64,000 nucleotides of DNA from Bacillota bacterium. GTDB lineage: Bacteria; Bacillota; Sulfobacillia; JAJZYS01; JAJZLH01. The notes under the pieces were generated by a model. That model made no database searches and had not been told where the DNA came from. It saw only the letters and a program-made list of their open reading frames with translations. The stretch spans positions 26,973 to 90,972 of the forward strand of contig JAJZLY010000007.1 in NCBI GenBank assembly GCA_021850485.1, written 5' to 3'. This document shows positions 1-9,496 of the stretch, piece after piece (position 1 is the stretch's first letter; each line of letters starts with the position of its first letter). A program made the translations under genes and the position numbers.

Positions 1-2032
1 GGCCGCCCTGGTAGACCATCTGCTCGAACAGGGCGCGGCCGATGCCCTGGGCACTGCCACCGCGCATCTGGCCGGCCACCGCCGCCGGGTTCAGGGCCTT
101 GCCCACGTCTTGCACCGCCAGATAGTCGACGATTTTCAGCCAGCCGTGGCGGCGGTCCAGCCGCACCTTGGCAATGTGCACGGCGAAGCCGGGTGCGCTC
201 TTGGTGATGGCGGTGCGCCCTTGGCCTGTAACCGGCGCCTGTTCGGCGCCAAAGCCGGTGGTCAGGGCAGCCAGTTCAGCGACCGACTTGCCGCCCTGGG
301 GCACACCTTTGACCCGGACCTGTCCGTCTGCCAGCTCCAGATCCTCGGCCGCTGCCTCCATCTCGGTGGCGGCCAGCTCCAGAATCTGCCGCTTGGCGTC
401 TTCAGCGGCCAAAAGCACGGCCGCTCCCACCGTGGATGTGATCTTGCTGCCGCCGGCGAAGCCGGCGTAGGGAGCCTGGTCGGTGTCGCCGGCGACCACC
501 CGGATCCGGCTCGGATCGATGCCAAACGCCTGTGCCGCAATCAAGGCAAAGGTCGTGTGGGTACCGGTGATATCCACTGAGCCGACCTGTACGGTCAGGC
601 TGCCGTCGCCGTTCACCTTGCACACCGCCGCCGCCGGTTCAGTGCCGCCAGGCCAGCCGCCGGCGGCCACCCCGATGCCCTCGTCTGCACCCTTCTGCCG
701 CTTACGCCACAGGGGATCTTGAGCCGCCCGCTCCAGGCACTCGGCCAGTCCGATCCGGGCCCAGGGCCGACCGTTGACCTGTGGGTCTCCTTCGACCGAG
801 GCGTTCTTGCGGCGCAAGGTGAGCGGGTCCATGTCCAGCGTGCGCGCCAATTCGTCCATCGCCGATTCCAGAGCAAAGTAGGCCTGTGGTGCACCAGGGG
901 CGCGGTAGGCGCCGACCGGGACCTTATGGGTGACCACCTCAACGCCGCGGATCGCCAGGTGCGGCGCCTGATAGGTACCACCCAGCAACATGCCAGCGAT
1001 GCCCACCGGGCTGCCCGCAGCGGCGCCGCTGTCGAACAGCAAGTCGGCGAAGATGCCGGTCAACTTGCCATCGCGAGTGGCGCCAAGGCGCACCGTGATC
1101 TCAGCTGCCGGTCCCGGATTGGAGACCAAGAAATCTTGCAACCGGTCCAAAACCAGCATCACCGGACGTCGGACCACGGTGGCCAAAGCCGCCGCCAGCG
1201 GCTCCAGGAGTCCGCCCTTGCCACCGAAGGCACCGCCTACCGTCATCGGCACGATACGGACTTGATCCTCGCTCAGTCCCAGACACTGGGCGGCGTAGCT
1301 GCGACTGTAGAATGCGCCCTGGGTCGAAGCCCAGATGGTGACCGATCCGTCCGGGTGCGCCTCGGCGGCCGCAGCCTGCGGCTCCAGGTACGCCTGGTGA
1401 ACGCCCGAGATCTTGTAGCTGCCCTCCACCACCTGATCGGCGAGCCGCCAGCCCTGTTCGATGTCGCCGCGGTCGAAGGCGATCTGACGAGTGACGTTGG
1501 GCGCATGCTTGCCGCTGGTCTCGCCACCGACCGCCGCGCCATGGGCGGCCTCCTCATCCTCGCCGCCGTGCAGCTCTTCTTCAGTGCGCACTCGCGGGGC
1601 GTCTTGGGCCATGGCCAAGCGCGCATCGGTGGCAGCAGGCAGCCGCTGGTAGCTGACCTCCACCGCCTCGGCACCATCTTCGGCCGCCGCCGCCGTCTCG
1701 GCCAGGACCACGGCCACCGGCTCGCCGGCAAAAAACACCTCGCGATGGGCCAACAACACGTCCAGCATGCGGTCAGGCGCGCCGGGCGGCTGGTGGCCAA
1801 GGCGAGCCAGAGTCAGATCCTGAGCGCTGAAGGCGGCCACCACTCCAGCCAGGCGCAGGGCCGGGGCCAGATCGACCTTTTCGATCTTGGCGTGGGCGTA
1901 GGGGGATAGCACCAACCGGGCATGCAGCCAGTCGTGGCGCCGGACGTCTGACACGTACTGAGCCTGACCGGTCAGCTTATGGGCGCCTTCACGGCGGGGC
2001 ACGGACGTACCGATGTAGCTGGCTTCACTCAT
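1..2032 (-). CDS. coxL: Xanthine-dehydrogenase-family molybdopterin-binding large subunit (CoxL-like), 3' end beyond window edge
   Basis: Manual minus-strand translation is one continuous frame from ATG at 2030-2032 (SD GGAGGTG upstream) to position 1. N-terminus MSEASYIGTSVPRREGAHKLTGQAQYVSDV matches the CoxL/XDH N-terminal consensus. Active-site loop reads VGAYRAPGAPQ (~886-906). Absent from the ORF track because no stop codon lies inside the window; the + ORF 719..1909 is its antisense artefact. Confidence 0.85.
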   Translation of the reverse strand, partial: MSEASYIGTSVPRREGAHKLTGQAQYVSDVRRHDWLHARLVLSPYAHAKIEKVDLAPALRLAGVVAAFSAQDLTLARLGHQPPGAPDRMLDVLLAHREVFFAGEPVAVVLAETAAAAEDGAEAVEVSYQRLPAATDARLAMAQDAPRVRTEEELHGGEDEEAAHGAAVGGETSGKHAPNVTRQIAFDRGDIEQGWRLADQVVEGSYKISGVHQAYLEPQAAAAEAHPDGSVTIWASTQGAFYSRSYAAQCLGLSEDQVRIVPMTVGGAFGGKGGLLEPLAAALATVVRRPVMLVLDRLQDFLVSNPGPAAEITVRLGATRDGKLTGIFADLLFDSGAAAGSPVGIAGMLLGGTYQAPHLAIRGVEVVTHKVPVGAYRAPGAPQAYFALESAMDELARTLDMDPLTLRRKNASVEGDPQVNGRPWARIGLAECLERAAQDPLWRKRQKGADEGIGVAAGGWPGGTEPAAAVCKVNGDGSLTVQVGSVDITGTHTTFALIAAQAFGIDPSRIRVVAGDTDQAPYAGFAGGSKITSTVGAAVLLAAEDAKRQILELAATEMEAAAEDLELADGQVRVKGVPQGGKSVAELAALTTGFGAEQAPVTGQGRTAITKSAPGFAVHIAKVRLDRRHGWLKIVDYLAVQDVGKALNPAAVAGQMRGGSAQGIGRALFEQMVYQGG

Positions 2033-3146
2033 GGACTCCCACCTCCGTGTGCTCGATCTCTCTGGGTGCGTGGTGCAACGGGCCGCGATGGCCGCTCAAC
2101 GAGGTGCCGGGGCGTCTTTCCCGGCTGGCCACGATCTCGGACAAAAGCGATAGCGCAATCTCCTCTGGCGTACGGGCGCCAATGTCCAAGCCGCCAGGCG
2201 TGTGGATGCGCCGGCGCACCGTTGCAGACACGCTGGTGCCATTCTCGGCCAAAAGCGCCAGTGTGCGGTCGCTGCGTCCGATCGGCCCCAACAGGCCGAT
2301 GTAGGCCGCCGGCGAGCTCAGGGCCAGGGCGAGGGCGTGCGCGTCCCACTGCAGGTGATGGTTCATCACCACCACGGCTGCGCCCGGACTGATCAAGCTC
2401 GCCGGGCCAGGTGGCCGGCGCAGGTCGACGCGGCGCACCCCTGGCAGACGACGGGCTGCCAGCAGATTCGGACGGTGGTCGGCGACAGTGACGCGAAACC
2501 CCACCTGGCGGGCCAGTGACACCAGCGGCAGGGCGTCGTCTCCGGCCCCGAACACAACCAGGCTCTGGGCCGGTGCACAGACGTCGATCAGCACCCAGGC
2601 GCCGTCTTTGCCGCGAAAGGCGCGGGCCAGCGGCCGCTCCTCGGCCAGCACCTGGGCACAGGCAGCTTGCCAAGCGTGCTGCTCGCCCAGCCACTGCCCT
2701 TGGTCATTGCCGTAGAGGCGGCCGATCGCTCCCGAGCCGTCTTCAGCCACCACCGTGGCCAGCACGGCCCTGCGGCCAAGGAGCAGGTCTTGCAAGAAGC
2801 GGTGCAACGGGCCGGGGGATCGGCCAGGCGGGTCTAGGCGCTCAAGCAGGATGCGCACCGTGCCAGGGCAGCCGGCGCCCATGCCGAACAACCCCTCGTC
2901 TGCCAGCGCATAGGTAAGGAGGCGGACACCGGAGCCTTCAGCCAGGGTGCGCAGGGCGACGTCGCCTTCCAGGCAGCCGCCGGAGATCAAGCCCACCGGC
3001 TGGCCGTCGGGCCCGACGATCAGTTTGGCCCCCTCGTGGCGATAGGCCGAGCCGTCGACCGCCAAGACGGTCGCCAGCCAGCTGCTCTCGCCCCGCTGCC
3101 AGAGCGCACTCAGGGTGCGGGCGAACAGGTCGTCGATCGTCTTCAC
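2025..3146 (-). CDS. xdhC: XdhC/CoxI-family molybdenum-cofactor insertion accessory protein
   Basis: VKTIDDLFARTLSAL...GGCLEGDV...VVFGAGDDALPLVSLARQVGFRVTVADHRP matches the XdhC/CoxI family. GTG start at 3144-3146 preceded by GGAGGAAG; it overlaps the coxE TGA stop (GTGA). The ORF-track N-terminal extension (to 3587) is rejected. Confidence 0.75.
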   Translation of the reverse strand: MKTIDDLFARTLSALWQRGESSWLATVLAVDGSAYRHEGAKLIVGPDGQPVGLISGGCLEGDVALRTLAEGSGVRLLTYALADEGLFGMGAGCPGTVRILLERLDPPGRSPGPLHRFLQDLLLGRRAVLATVVAEDGSGAIGRLYGNDQGQWLGEQHAWQAACAQVLAEERPLARAFRGKDGAWVLIDVCAPAQSLVVFGAGDDALPLVSLARQVGFRVTVADHRPNLLAARRLPGVRRVDLRRPPGPASLISPGAAVVVMNHHLQWDAHALALALSSPAAYIGLLGPIGRSDRTLALLAENGTSVSATVRRRIHTPGGLDIGARTPEEIALSLLSEIVASRERRPGTSLSGHRGPLHHAPREIEHTEVGVHE

Positions 3147-4195
3147 GGGCGCTTCCTCCTTGCACGTTGGGTCAAGGCGGCCAGTCCCTGATAGCGGTCG
3201 GCCGCCTGGAAGGCACACTGTGCGGCCCGGGTCAGCGGTTTGTAGCCAGCGCTGTCGGCCAATGGATTGACCCAGGTGATCACCGCCGACCGCCGGCGCA
3301 AGGCGGCCAGAGCCTGTGCCAACTGGGCGGTCGGTCCAGCCTCCAAGGCGTCGCTGACGATCAGGGTGCTGAGATGTTGACGCCGGGGCAGGTGCGGCCC
3401 ATGCAACACCGCGGCGATGGCGTCTGCGATGCGGGTGCCGCTGCCCCAACTGGCGGCCGGCAGGCTCAATTCCGGCTGGAACAGGCGGTCGCTGAGCCGG
3501 CTGGTGTCGGCGGAAAAGGCGTACACCTCGGTGTCCGGCCGGCGCCGGCGCAACAAACGGCCGACGGCCACCAGCTGCTCGGCCCACTGCTGCATGGATC
3601 GGCTGGCATCGAGCAGCACCAGTGACTGGCGGCGGACCGGGCGTTTCTTCCAGATCAGGTGCACGGGTTCTCCGGCGGTGGTCAAGCTGCGCTGCAGCGT
3701 GCGCCGCAGGTCGAGGCGGCGGCCGACCGTAGCCTCCAGGCCGCCCACCCGATCCGCCCAGGACAAAAAGGGTGCGGCCCAGCCCTGAGCCAGATCACTC
3801 CCCTGGCGCGCTCCGGGCACAGCCTGGCGGCCGGTACCGCCCGCCGGGCTGGCCGCCGGGATGGACACCCGCTCAGCCGGAGCGTCGGTGTCGGCACCAG
3901 CGCCCAAAGCCGTGCCAGCGGCCGCAGCGGCCGCCTGGGCGGCCAAGGCAGTGGACTTGTCGACCTCTGCCCCGGCACCGAACAACCAGGGAAAGAGCTG
4001 GTCGAAGATGGCCAAGGCCCGGCGGTCGCGTGCCAACGTCGCCCGCAGGGCCAGCCGCTGAGGCTCGCGGTCTGCCGCGACCAGGGTGATCGCCACCAAG
4101 GCATCGGCCAACTCGGCGGGACCGATGGCGCAGCCGGCCTGGCGCATCGCAGCGGCCAGGGCGCGCACCCGAGTCACCTGCTGGGTCAGATCCAT
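3143..4195 (-). CDS. coxE: VWA-domain protein, CoxE-like
   Basis: MDLTQQVTRVRALAAAMRQAG... with C-terminal vWA (LVLLDASRSM, DTEVYAFSA). ATG at 4193-4195 lies directly after the coxD stop. ORF-track extension to 4378 is rejected. Confidence 0.75.
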   Translation of the reverse strand: MDLTQQVTRVRALAAAMRQAGCAIGPAELADALVAITLVAADREPQRLALRATLARDRRALAIFDQLFPWLFGAGAEVDKSTALAAQAAAAAAGTALGAGADTDAPAERVSIPAASPAGGTGRQAVPGARQGSDLAQGWAAPFLSWADRVGGLEATVGRRLDLRRTLQRSLTTAGEPVHLIWKKRPVRRQSLVLLDASRSMQQWAEQLVAVGRLLRRRRPDTEVYAFSADTSRLSDRLFQPELSLPAASWGSGTRIADAIAAVLHGPHLPRRQHLSTLIVSDALEAGPTAQLAQALAALRRRSAVITWVNPLADSAGYKPLTRAAQCAFQAADRYQGLAALTQRARRKRP

Positions 4196-4196
4196 C

Positions 4197-5093
4197 TCAG
4201 GACTCCTCAGCCTCGGCCAAGGCCTGGGCCAACTGCTGGCCGTCAGCTGCGAGCAGGCGCTGGCGGTCTTGTGCCGACTTGACGATCGTGCCGAGCGCCT
4301 GTGCCACGACATCTTGGTCCAGATGATCCGATCCGAGCTGGGCCGCCGCCGCCGCCAGATCGAGTGCCTCGGCCACACCCGGCGGCTTGTCCAGCTCCAT
4401 GCGGCGCAAGGCCGCCATCAGCCGCGCCACCTCTGCGGCCAAGTGCGGCGTTGTCTTGGGCAAGTGGGCGGCCAAGATGGCACTCTCGCGTTGCACGGTG
4501 GGGAAATCGATCCAGGCGTACAGACAACGCCGGCGCAAAGCGTCTGAGAGTTCACGGGTCCGGTTGGAGGTGATCACCACATGCGGCATCGCCTTCGCCT
4601 TGAGGGTGCCGAGTTCAGGTATGGTCACCTGGCCCTCGCCCAGGAGTTCCAGCAACAGCGCTTCCAGCGCCTCGTCGGCGCGGTCGATCTCGTCGATCAG
4701 CAACACCACTGGGCCGTCTTCGGCGAGCAGCGCCGACAGCAGCGGCCGGTGCAGCAAGAAGCGCTCCGAGAACAAGTCAGCGTCATCCACACCACCGTCG
4801 GCCTGGCGCAGCGCCAACAGCTGGCGGGGGTAATCCCACTCGTACAGCGCCTGGCTGAAATCCAGCCCCTCGAAGCACTGCAAGCGGACCAGCCGCCTAC
4901 CCAGCGTGGACGACAGTGCGGTGGCAAGCGCGGTCTTGCCCACGCCGGCCGGGCCCTCGACCAAGAGTGGCCGGGGCAGGGTCAGAGCAAGGTGGACGGC
5001 CGTCGCCAGGTCCGCCCCGGCCACGTAGCCAGCACCGGCCAGGCCTTGCAAGATGGCCCCCACGGGATCGCCACCAGAGGCGCTTGGTCTCAT
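4197..5093 (-). CDS. coxD: MoxR-family AAA+ ATPase, CoxD-like
   Basis: Walker A LLVEGPAGVGKT and Walker B VVLLIDEIDRA. ATG 5091-5093 overlaps the coxS TGA (ATGA). Confidence 0.8.
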   Translation of the reverse strand: MRPSASGGDPVGAILQGLAGAGYVAGADLATAVHLALTLPRPLLVEGPAGVGKTALATALSSTLGRRLVRLQCFEGLDFSQALYEWDYPRQLLALRQADGGVDDADLFSERFLLHRPLLSALLAEDGPVVLLIDEIDRADEALEALLLELLGEGQVTIPELGTLKAKAMPHVVITSNRTRELSDALRRRCLYAWIDFPTVQRESAILAAHLPKTTPHLAAEVARLMAALRRMELDKPPGVAEALDLAAAAAQLGSDHLDQDVVAQALGTIVKSAQDRQRLLAADGQQLAQALAEAEES

Positions 5094-5578
5094 CGGGGCT
5101 CCGAGTCTGCTGCGGCCAAGATGCTGTCCACGATATCGGTGTAGCCCGTGCAGCGACAGATCACGCCAGAGATGGCGGACGTCACTTGCTCGCGGCTGGG
5201 ATGAGGGGTCCTCTCCAACAGGTTGGTGGCTGCGATCAGCATGCCTGGCGTGCAAAAGCCGCACTGCAATCCATGGTGGTCCAAAAATGCCTGTTGCAGC
5301 CGGCTGAGCTGTCCGCCCTCGGCACCGATCCCTTCCACCGTGGTTACCTGACAGCCCTCGACCTGGGCGGCGAGCAGCAAACAAGAGCGCACCACCTGGC
5401 CATCGACCAGGACATTGCAGGCGCCGCACACCCCCTGTTCGCAGCCGAGGTGCGTCGCAGTCAGGGACAGCTGATCGCGCAGACAATCGGCCAGGGAGAG
5501 TCTGGGCTCAACGTCCAGGTCGACCGGCCGGCCGTTGACGAAAAAGTGAACAGCCACGGTGCTTGGCGCCTCAGGCAC
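5090..5578 (-). CDS. coxS: (2Fe-2S)-binding small subunit of CODH/XDH-family enzyme
   Basis: CxxGxCGxC...C ferredoxin motif (GCEQGVCGACNV) and the second cluster QCGFCTPGM...CRCTGY. Start chosen at GTG 5576-5578, 8 nt after AAAGGAGG; the ORF-track ATG at 5620 would overlap coxM. Confidence 0.8.
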   Translation of the reverse strand: MPEAPSTVAVHFFVNGRPVDLDVEPRLSLADCLRDQLSLTATHLGCEQGVCGACNVLVDGQVVRSCLLLAAQVEGCQVTTVEGIGAEGGQLSRLQQAFLDHHGLQCGFCTPGMLIAATNLLERTPHPSREQVTSAISGVICRCTGYTDIVDSILAAADSEPR

Positions 5579-6458
5579 GGGACACGCCTCCTTTAGGGTT
5601 GCGACTGATCGACTCGCCAAGCGCCTCGACGATCAACCGAGAGGCGAGCTTGAGCCGATAACTGGCGGTTGCCCGCAGGTCGTCTGCGGGCTCGGCCTGA
5701 CTCAAAACGGCATCGGCGAATTCGCGCAACACCGCGGGCGACGGCACCTGTCCCACCAACTGCGCCTGCGCCGTTTCATTGGTGACGGGTGCTGGCCCCA
5801 TCCCCGCCACGGCCAAGCGCACCTCGGCCACCCGGCCGTCTGGGCTCGTGACCAGACTCGCCGCCACCGCTGCCAGCGCAAAGTCGCCTTCCCGCAGGGC
5901 GAACTCGGTGAATGCACTGGCTCTGGCAACCGCACCCAGGGGCAGGAGGCAAGAGACCAACATCTCACCTTCGGCCAGCGCCGTCTGGAACAGGCCCAAA
6001 AAGAATTCACCCGCCGGCACGATTCGCTCCCCAGCCTGACTGTGACAGATCATCTGCGCACCGAGCGCCACGGCCAGAGCCGGCAGTTCAGCGGCCGGAT
6101 CGGCGTGGGCCAGGCTGCCCAACACAGTGCCACGGTTGCGGATCTCAAGGTGGCCAATCCAGCCGGCCGCCTCAGCCAGAGCCGGTACCTCGGTGCGGAC
6201 CAGGGCGGACTCGACCACCTGCTGATGGCGGACCAAGGGTCCGATCTCCAGCTGGCCATCTCTGGCCGCCAACCGGTCGGCGCCCTCAAGTCCGCCCAGG
6301 TCGATCACCAGTTCCGGTCTGACCAAACGCAGTGCCAGCATCGGCATCAAACTCTGGCCACCGGCCAATACCTTGGCCTGTGCGCCGTGGCGGGCCAGCA
6401 GGTCCAAAACGGCCGCCTGTGTGGTGGGACGCTGATAGGCAAACGGGGCTGGTTTCAC
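5571..6458 (-). CDS. coxM: FAD-binding medium subunit (CoxM-like)
   Basis: MKPAPFAYQRPTTQAAVLDLL...AGGQSLMPMLALRL matches the FAD-binding PCMH-type CoxM/XdhB family. ATG overlaps the coxG stop. Confidence 0.8.
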   Translation of the reverse strand: MKPAPFAYQRPTTQAAVLDLLARHGAQAKVLAGGQSLMPMLALRLVRPELVIDLGGLEGADRLAARDGQLEIGPLVRHQQVVESALVRTEVPALAEAAGWIGHLEIRNRGTVLGSLAHADPAAELPALAVALGAQMICHSQAGERIVPAGEFFLGLFQTALAEGEMLVSCLLPLGAVARASAFTEFALREGDFALAAVAASLVTSPDGRVAEVRLAVAGMGPAPVTNETAQAQLVGQVPSPAVLREFADAVLSQAEPADDLRATASYRLKLASRLIVEALGESISRNPKGGVSRA

Positions 6459-6928
6459 GACGTCGTCCTCCCTTGTTCCAAACCACCGACATGGTCCGCC
6501 ACTTCCTGGGCCAAGCGGTTCATGAACTGACGTTCGAGCATCTTGGCCACGCCGTCCAGCATGCGTTGGCCGATGCCGGCCAGCTTGCCGCCGATTTCGC
6601 TCACACCGTGGTAGGTGACCCGGGTGCCAGTGTCTTCCGGCTCCAGACTCACCAAAATGGTGGCTGACACCGACCCTGGGCCACCGGTCAACTCCAGTTG
6701 CAGGCGCATGGAGTGCGGCGGCTGGGGGTCGATCACGGCCAACGTCCCCTGATAGCGCCCTCCCACCCCGGCCACACCCAGTTCAGCAGTCAGCTGGTAG
6801 CGGCCAGCGGCCTGCTGCTGAAAGGACTTACATCCGGGGATGGCCCGTGCCAGCACGTCCGGATCGAGCAATGCCCCAAAGGCCTGGGGCGGATCGGCTG
6901 CCAGCCGCATCTCTCCTGCCAGTTCCAT
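6455..6928 (-). CDS. coxG: CoxG-like SRPBCC protein
   Basis: MELAGEMRLAADPPQAFGALLDPDVLARAIPGC... matches the CoxG family. Confidence 0.7.
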   Translation of the reverse strand: MELAGEMRLAADPPQAFGALLDPDVLARAIPGCKSFQQQAAGRYQLTAELGVAGVGGRYQGTLAVIDPQPPHSMRLQLELTGGPGSVSATILVSLEPEDTGTRVTYHGVSEIGGKLAGIGQRMLDGVAKMLERQFMNRLAQEVADHVGGLEQGRTTS

Positions 6929-6931
6929 CGG

Positions 6932-8023
6932 CTAGCCTCCCTGAGCGGAAAGCGGCTGGTCGGTGCCTGGATCGAGGTGGCCCGCCCACCCGACCTCCGC
7001 CACCACCTCTTCTACCATCAGATTCGCCCCTTGATCTGATGTGTCCTCGGCCAGATCGACGGTCAGCTCAGCCAGCACCATGTCCCCGACCTCGAACCAA
7101 GCGGTGGCATGCCCCTCGAAGGTGGCGAGCGCCCCCTCCGTGCTGGCAAGACCATCCGCCCGGACGATCAAGCCGCCCGTCGCCGCCAGGTCGTCGCCAG
7201 CGGCCAGAGCCTGCACCAGCGCGCGGTCGTGACCGGAGAGCAGGCTGATCAGTACGCTCGCCCCGGGCTCACGCCACAGGGCACCGACCGGGCTTGAGGC
7301 GGCTGCCGCCACCACCAGCCGGGCCGGCCGATGAGAGGCCTGCATGCCCCAGCCGCTGACCATCAGGTGGCTGCGGCCAGCCGCCACCGTGCTGGCCAGA
7401 TAGAGTCCCCAGTGCCGCCGGCCGAAGACATCCAAAAACGCCTGGTCGCTAAGGGCGAAGGCAGCGCAGGGGGCCGCATCCAGGGCCCTTGGGTTATATG
7501 CAAAGGCCGCAAACGGCAGCACGGTCTCCTCAGCGCCGCGTGGATCAGCCACCGCCACAATGGCATTGACCGTGATGTTGTCAGCCGCGGCCTGCAGCAG
7601 GCTGCCGCCACATGCCTCACCGACCACCAGCAAAAAGTCGCCGAGGTCGACCGCATGCAGCAGGGAGAAGTCGACATAACCGACTGCCGCCCGCGGCACC
7701 GGGGCACCGGCCGGGGAGCGGACAAACAGCTTGGGGTCTTGCACCACCGACCAGTCACCGTGGTAAAACCGCCCTTGCCAAGCCTGATCGTCTACCGAGC
7801 TCACGCTGACGGTGAAGCGGCCGAGCGCTTGGATCATCGCGGCGGCGGCAAACTCCTTGGGGATGGCCGCCATCAGCCGGGCTGGGCTGAGGCCGCAGAT
7901 GGCCAGCCAACAGCCGCCGTGCAGGTGGCAATGCTGGCCGTCGGCAACGGAGATCATCAGGGCACCGCGGATTCGGCGATCGTAGATCAGTTCCACCGGG
8001 TCAAGGAGCGACTGGCTATCCAT
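6932..8023 (-). CDS. Protein with two flavin-reductase-like (FMN-binding split-barrel) domains
   Basis: Two repeats resembling the flavin reductase domain (LMISVADGQHCHLHGGCWLAICGLSPARLMAAIPKE...; ITVNAIVAVADPRGAEETVLPFAAFAYNPRALDAAPCAAFALS...). Recognised by eye only. Confidence 0.45.
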   Translation of the reverse strand: MDSQSLLDPVELIYDRRIRGALMISVADGQHCHLHGGCWLAICGLSPARLMAAIPKEFAAAAMIQALGRFTVSVSSVDDQAWQGRFYHGDWSVVQDPKLFVRSPAGAPVPRAAVGYVDFSLLHAVDLGDFLLVVGEACGGSLLQAAADNITVNAIVAVADPRGAEETVLPFAAFAYNPRALDAAPCAAFALSDQAFLDVFGRRHWGLYLASTVAAGRSHLMVSGWGMQASHRPARLVVAAAASSPVGALWREPGASVLISLLSGHDRALVQALAAGDDLAATGGLIVRADGLASTEGALATFEGHATAWFEVGDMVLAELTVDLAEDTSDQGANLMVEEVVAEVGWAGHLDPGTDQPLSAQGG

Positions 8024-8038
8024 CGGCTCATCACCCTC

Positions 8039-9496
8039 TCAGTGTGCGTCCAGGCAATGATCGGCGAATTCGGCCTCAGCCGGTTTCAGGCACCAGCAGA
8101 CGGCCTCGGCCCGCTGGCGCAGGGCCGGTGCGCTAAAGCCAGGTGCGAAGATCGGCCAGTCCCAGTGTAGCGCCTGGGCGGGCTTGACGAAGCGGCGGGT
8201 CAGAAGCTTCACCTCAGGCAGCGGCACCCGCTCCGGACGCTGGCCACTGCCGAGCAGTTCCAGCCCCATGCGGGCGCCGGCCGCCGCCACCGCCAGCGGC
8301 GACCAGGCGGCTTTATCCGCCCAGACCCGAGCCGGCACCTGCCCGTCTTGACTAGACCGGCTCAGAGCACGCAGGGCTTCAGCCAGCACGGGCGCCGCCA
8401 TCTGGCCTGCCTGGCGGCCGACATCTGTGGCGTCTTCGTCCCACGGTGGAGCCTGCACAGGCACGGTCAGCGGCCGTGGAAACTGTCCGTGCTCGATGGC
8501 GGCCACGCTCTGCAGGCAGACGGCCAGCACCTCAGCCGGGGTCAGGGTTACGGTCCCAATCGCCACCGATCCGAGCTGCCCGGCCGCCACCAGTTTGAGC
8601 AGGGTCAACTGGGCGCCGGCGGTCACCTGCAGCCTGGGTGCTTGGTCGGAAAAGGCGGCCACCAAATCTTCGGCCGTCCAAAAGGCCACGTCTGGGCCCG
8701 CCGCCCGAACCGTCGTCAGCCAGTCGGCGAAAGAGTATAGCGCCTGGCTCACCATCTGGTGCGGCCGCAGCGGCGGCGGCTGCCAGGTGTCCTCGGCGGC
8801 GTTCACGCCACCGCCGAACGGATCGGCGTCCCAAAAGCGGGTGGTGACCAGTTCCGTGGGATGGGTGACGGCGTTGACCAAGCCCAGGCGGCCACCGGCA
8901 GATTGCTCTGCGATCGCCCGCCCGATCATCCGCAGTGTCTGATCGTGGAGCTGTGGAATCTGGCTGAGCCATGGCTTAGGCACGGACACCGGGGCGGCCC
9001 AGTGCAGGACGCCAGCCAGCACCATCGGCCGGCCGTCGATATCGATGTAGCCGTTCCAAGCTTCCGAGTAAAAACAACGCACACCCCAACCCAAGAGGGC
9101 TGGGATCGCTTCTGCCGTCCAATTGCCGCCGGGTTGGGTGTACACCGTCGGCGCTTCACCGAACACCTCTGCCACCCGCATGAAGCCGGCCTGCTCGCGG
9201 GCGCGAAAGGCGTCCACCGCGGCCTGCCCCGCAAGCGTCGCCAACTGCTCGGCGATGGTTGGGTGGTAGCTGTGCGATGTGGAGTGAAAACCGATCTGGT
9301 GCCGGCCCAGAGCGCGCAACACATCTTGGCGCCCTCTTGCGAGGAGGGCGTCCACCTTCATGGCCGTGATCGGGAAGGTGGCCCGCACACCTTGCCGGCT
9401 GAGCAGCTCAGCCAGTGCCAGGGCAGCGTCGTCGCTCTCCGGGGTCAGGATGTCCTCGGTGTCAAAGCGCAGCAGGACCCGCACCGCATCGCTCAC
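8039..9496 (-). CDS. CE4-like polysaccharide-deacetylase family protein with large C-terminal extension
   Basis: N-terminus has CE4-like motifs RFDTED (TFDDG-like) and HSTSHSYHP (H-S/T-x-x-H...HP). 485 aa; the remainder is unrecognised. Confidence 0.4.
   Translation of the reverse strand: MSDAVRVLLRFDTEDILTPESDDAALALAELLSRQGVRATFPITAMKVDALLARGRQDVLRALGRHQIGFHSTSHSYHPTIAEQLATLAGQAAVDAFRAREQAGFMRVAEVFGEAPTVYTQPGGNWTAEAIPALLGWGVRCFYSEAWNGYIDIDGRPMVLAGVLHWAAPVSVPKPWLSQIPQLHDQTLRMIGRAIAEQSAGGRLGLVNAVTHPTELVTTRFWDADPFGGGVNAAEDTWQPPPLRPHQMVSQALYSFADWLTTVRAAGPDVAFWTAEDLVAAFSDQAPRLQVTAGAQLTLLKLVAAGQLGSVAIGTVTLTPAEVLAVCLQSVAAIEHGQFPRPLTVPVQAPPWDEDATDVGRQAGQMAAPVLAEALRALSRSSQDGQVPARVWADKAAWSPLAVAAAGARMGLELLGSGQRPERVPLPEVKLLTRRFVKPAQALHWDWPIFAPGFSAPALRQRAEAVCWCLKPAEAEFADHCLDAH

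Noticed and set aside
719-1909. 396-aa plus-strand ORF (also 110..580, 990..1265).
   Set aside because: R/Q/H-rich nonsense protein. It is the open antisense frame of the real minus-strand coxL gene, which the ORF track missed because it runs off the window edge without a stop.
2029-2917. Multiple overlapping 60-220-aa ORFs inside the xdhC region on both strands.
   Set aside because: GC-rich antisense or out-of-frame artefacts. The XdhC reading frame carries the recognisable motifs.
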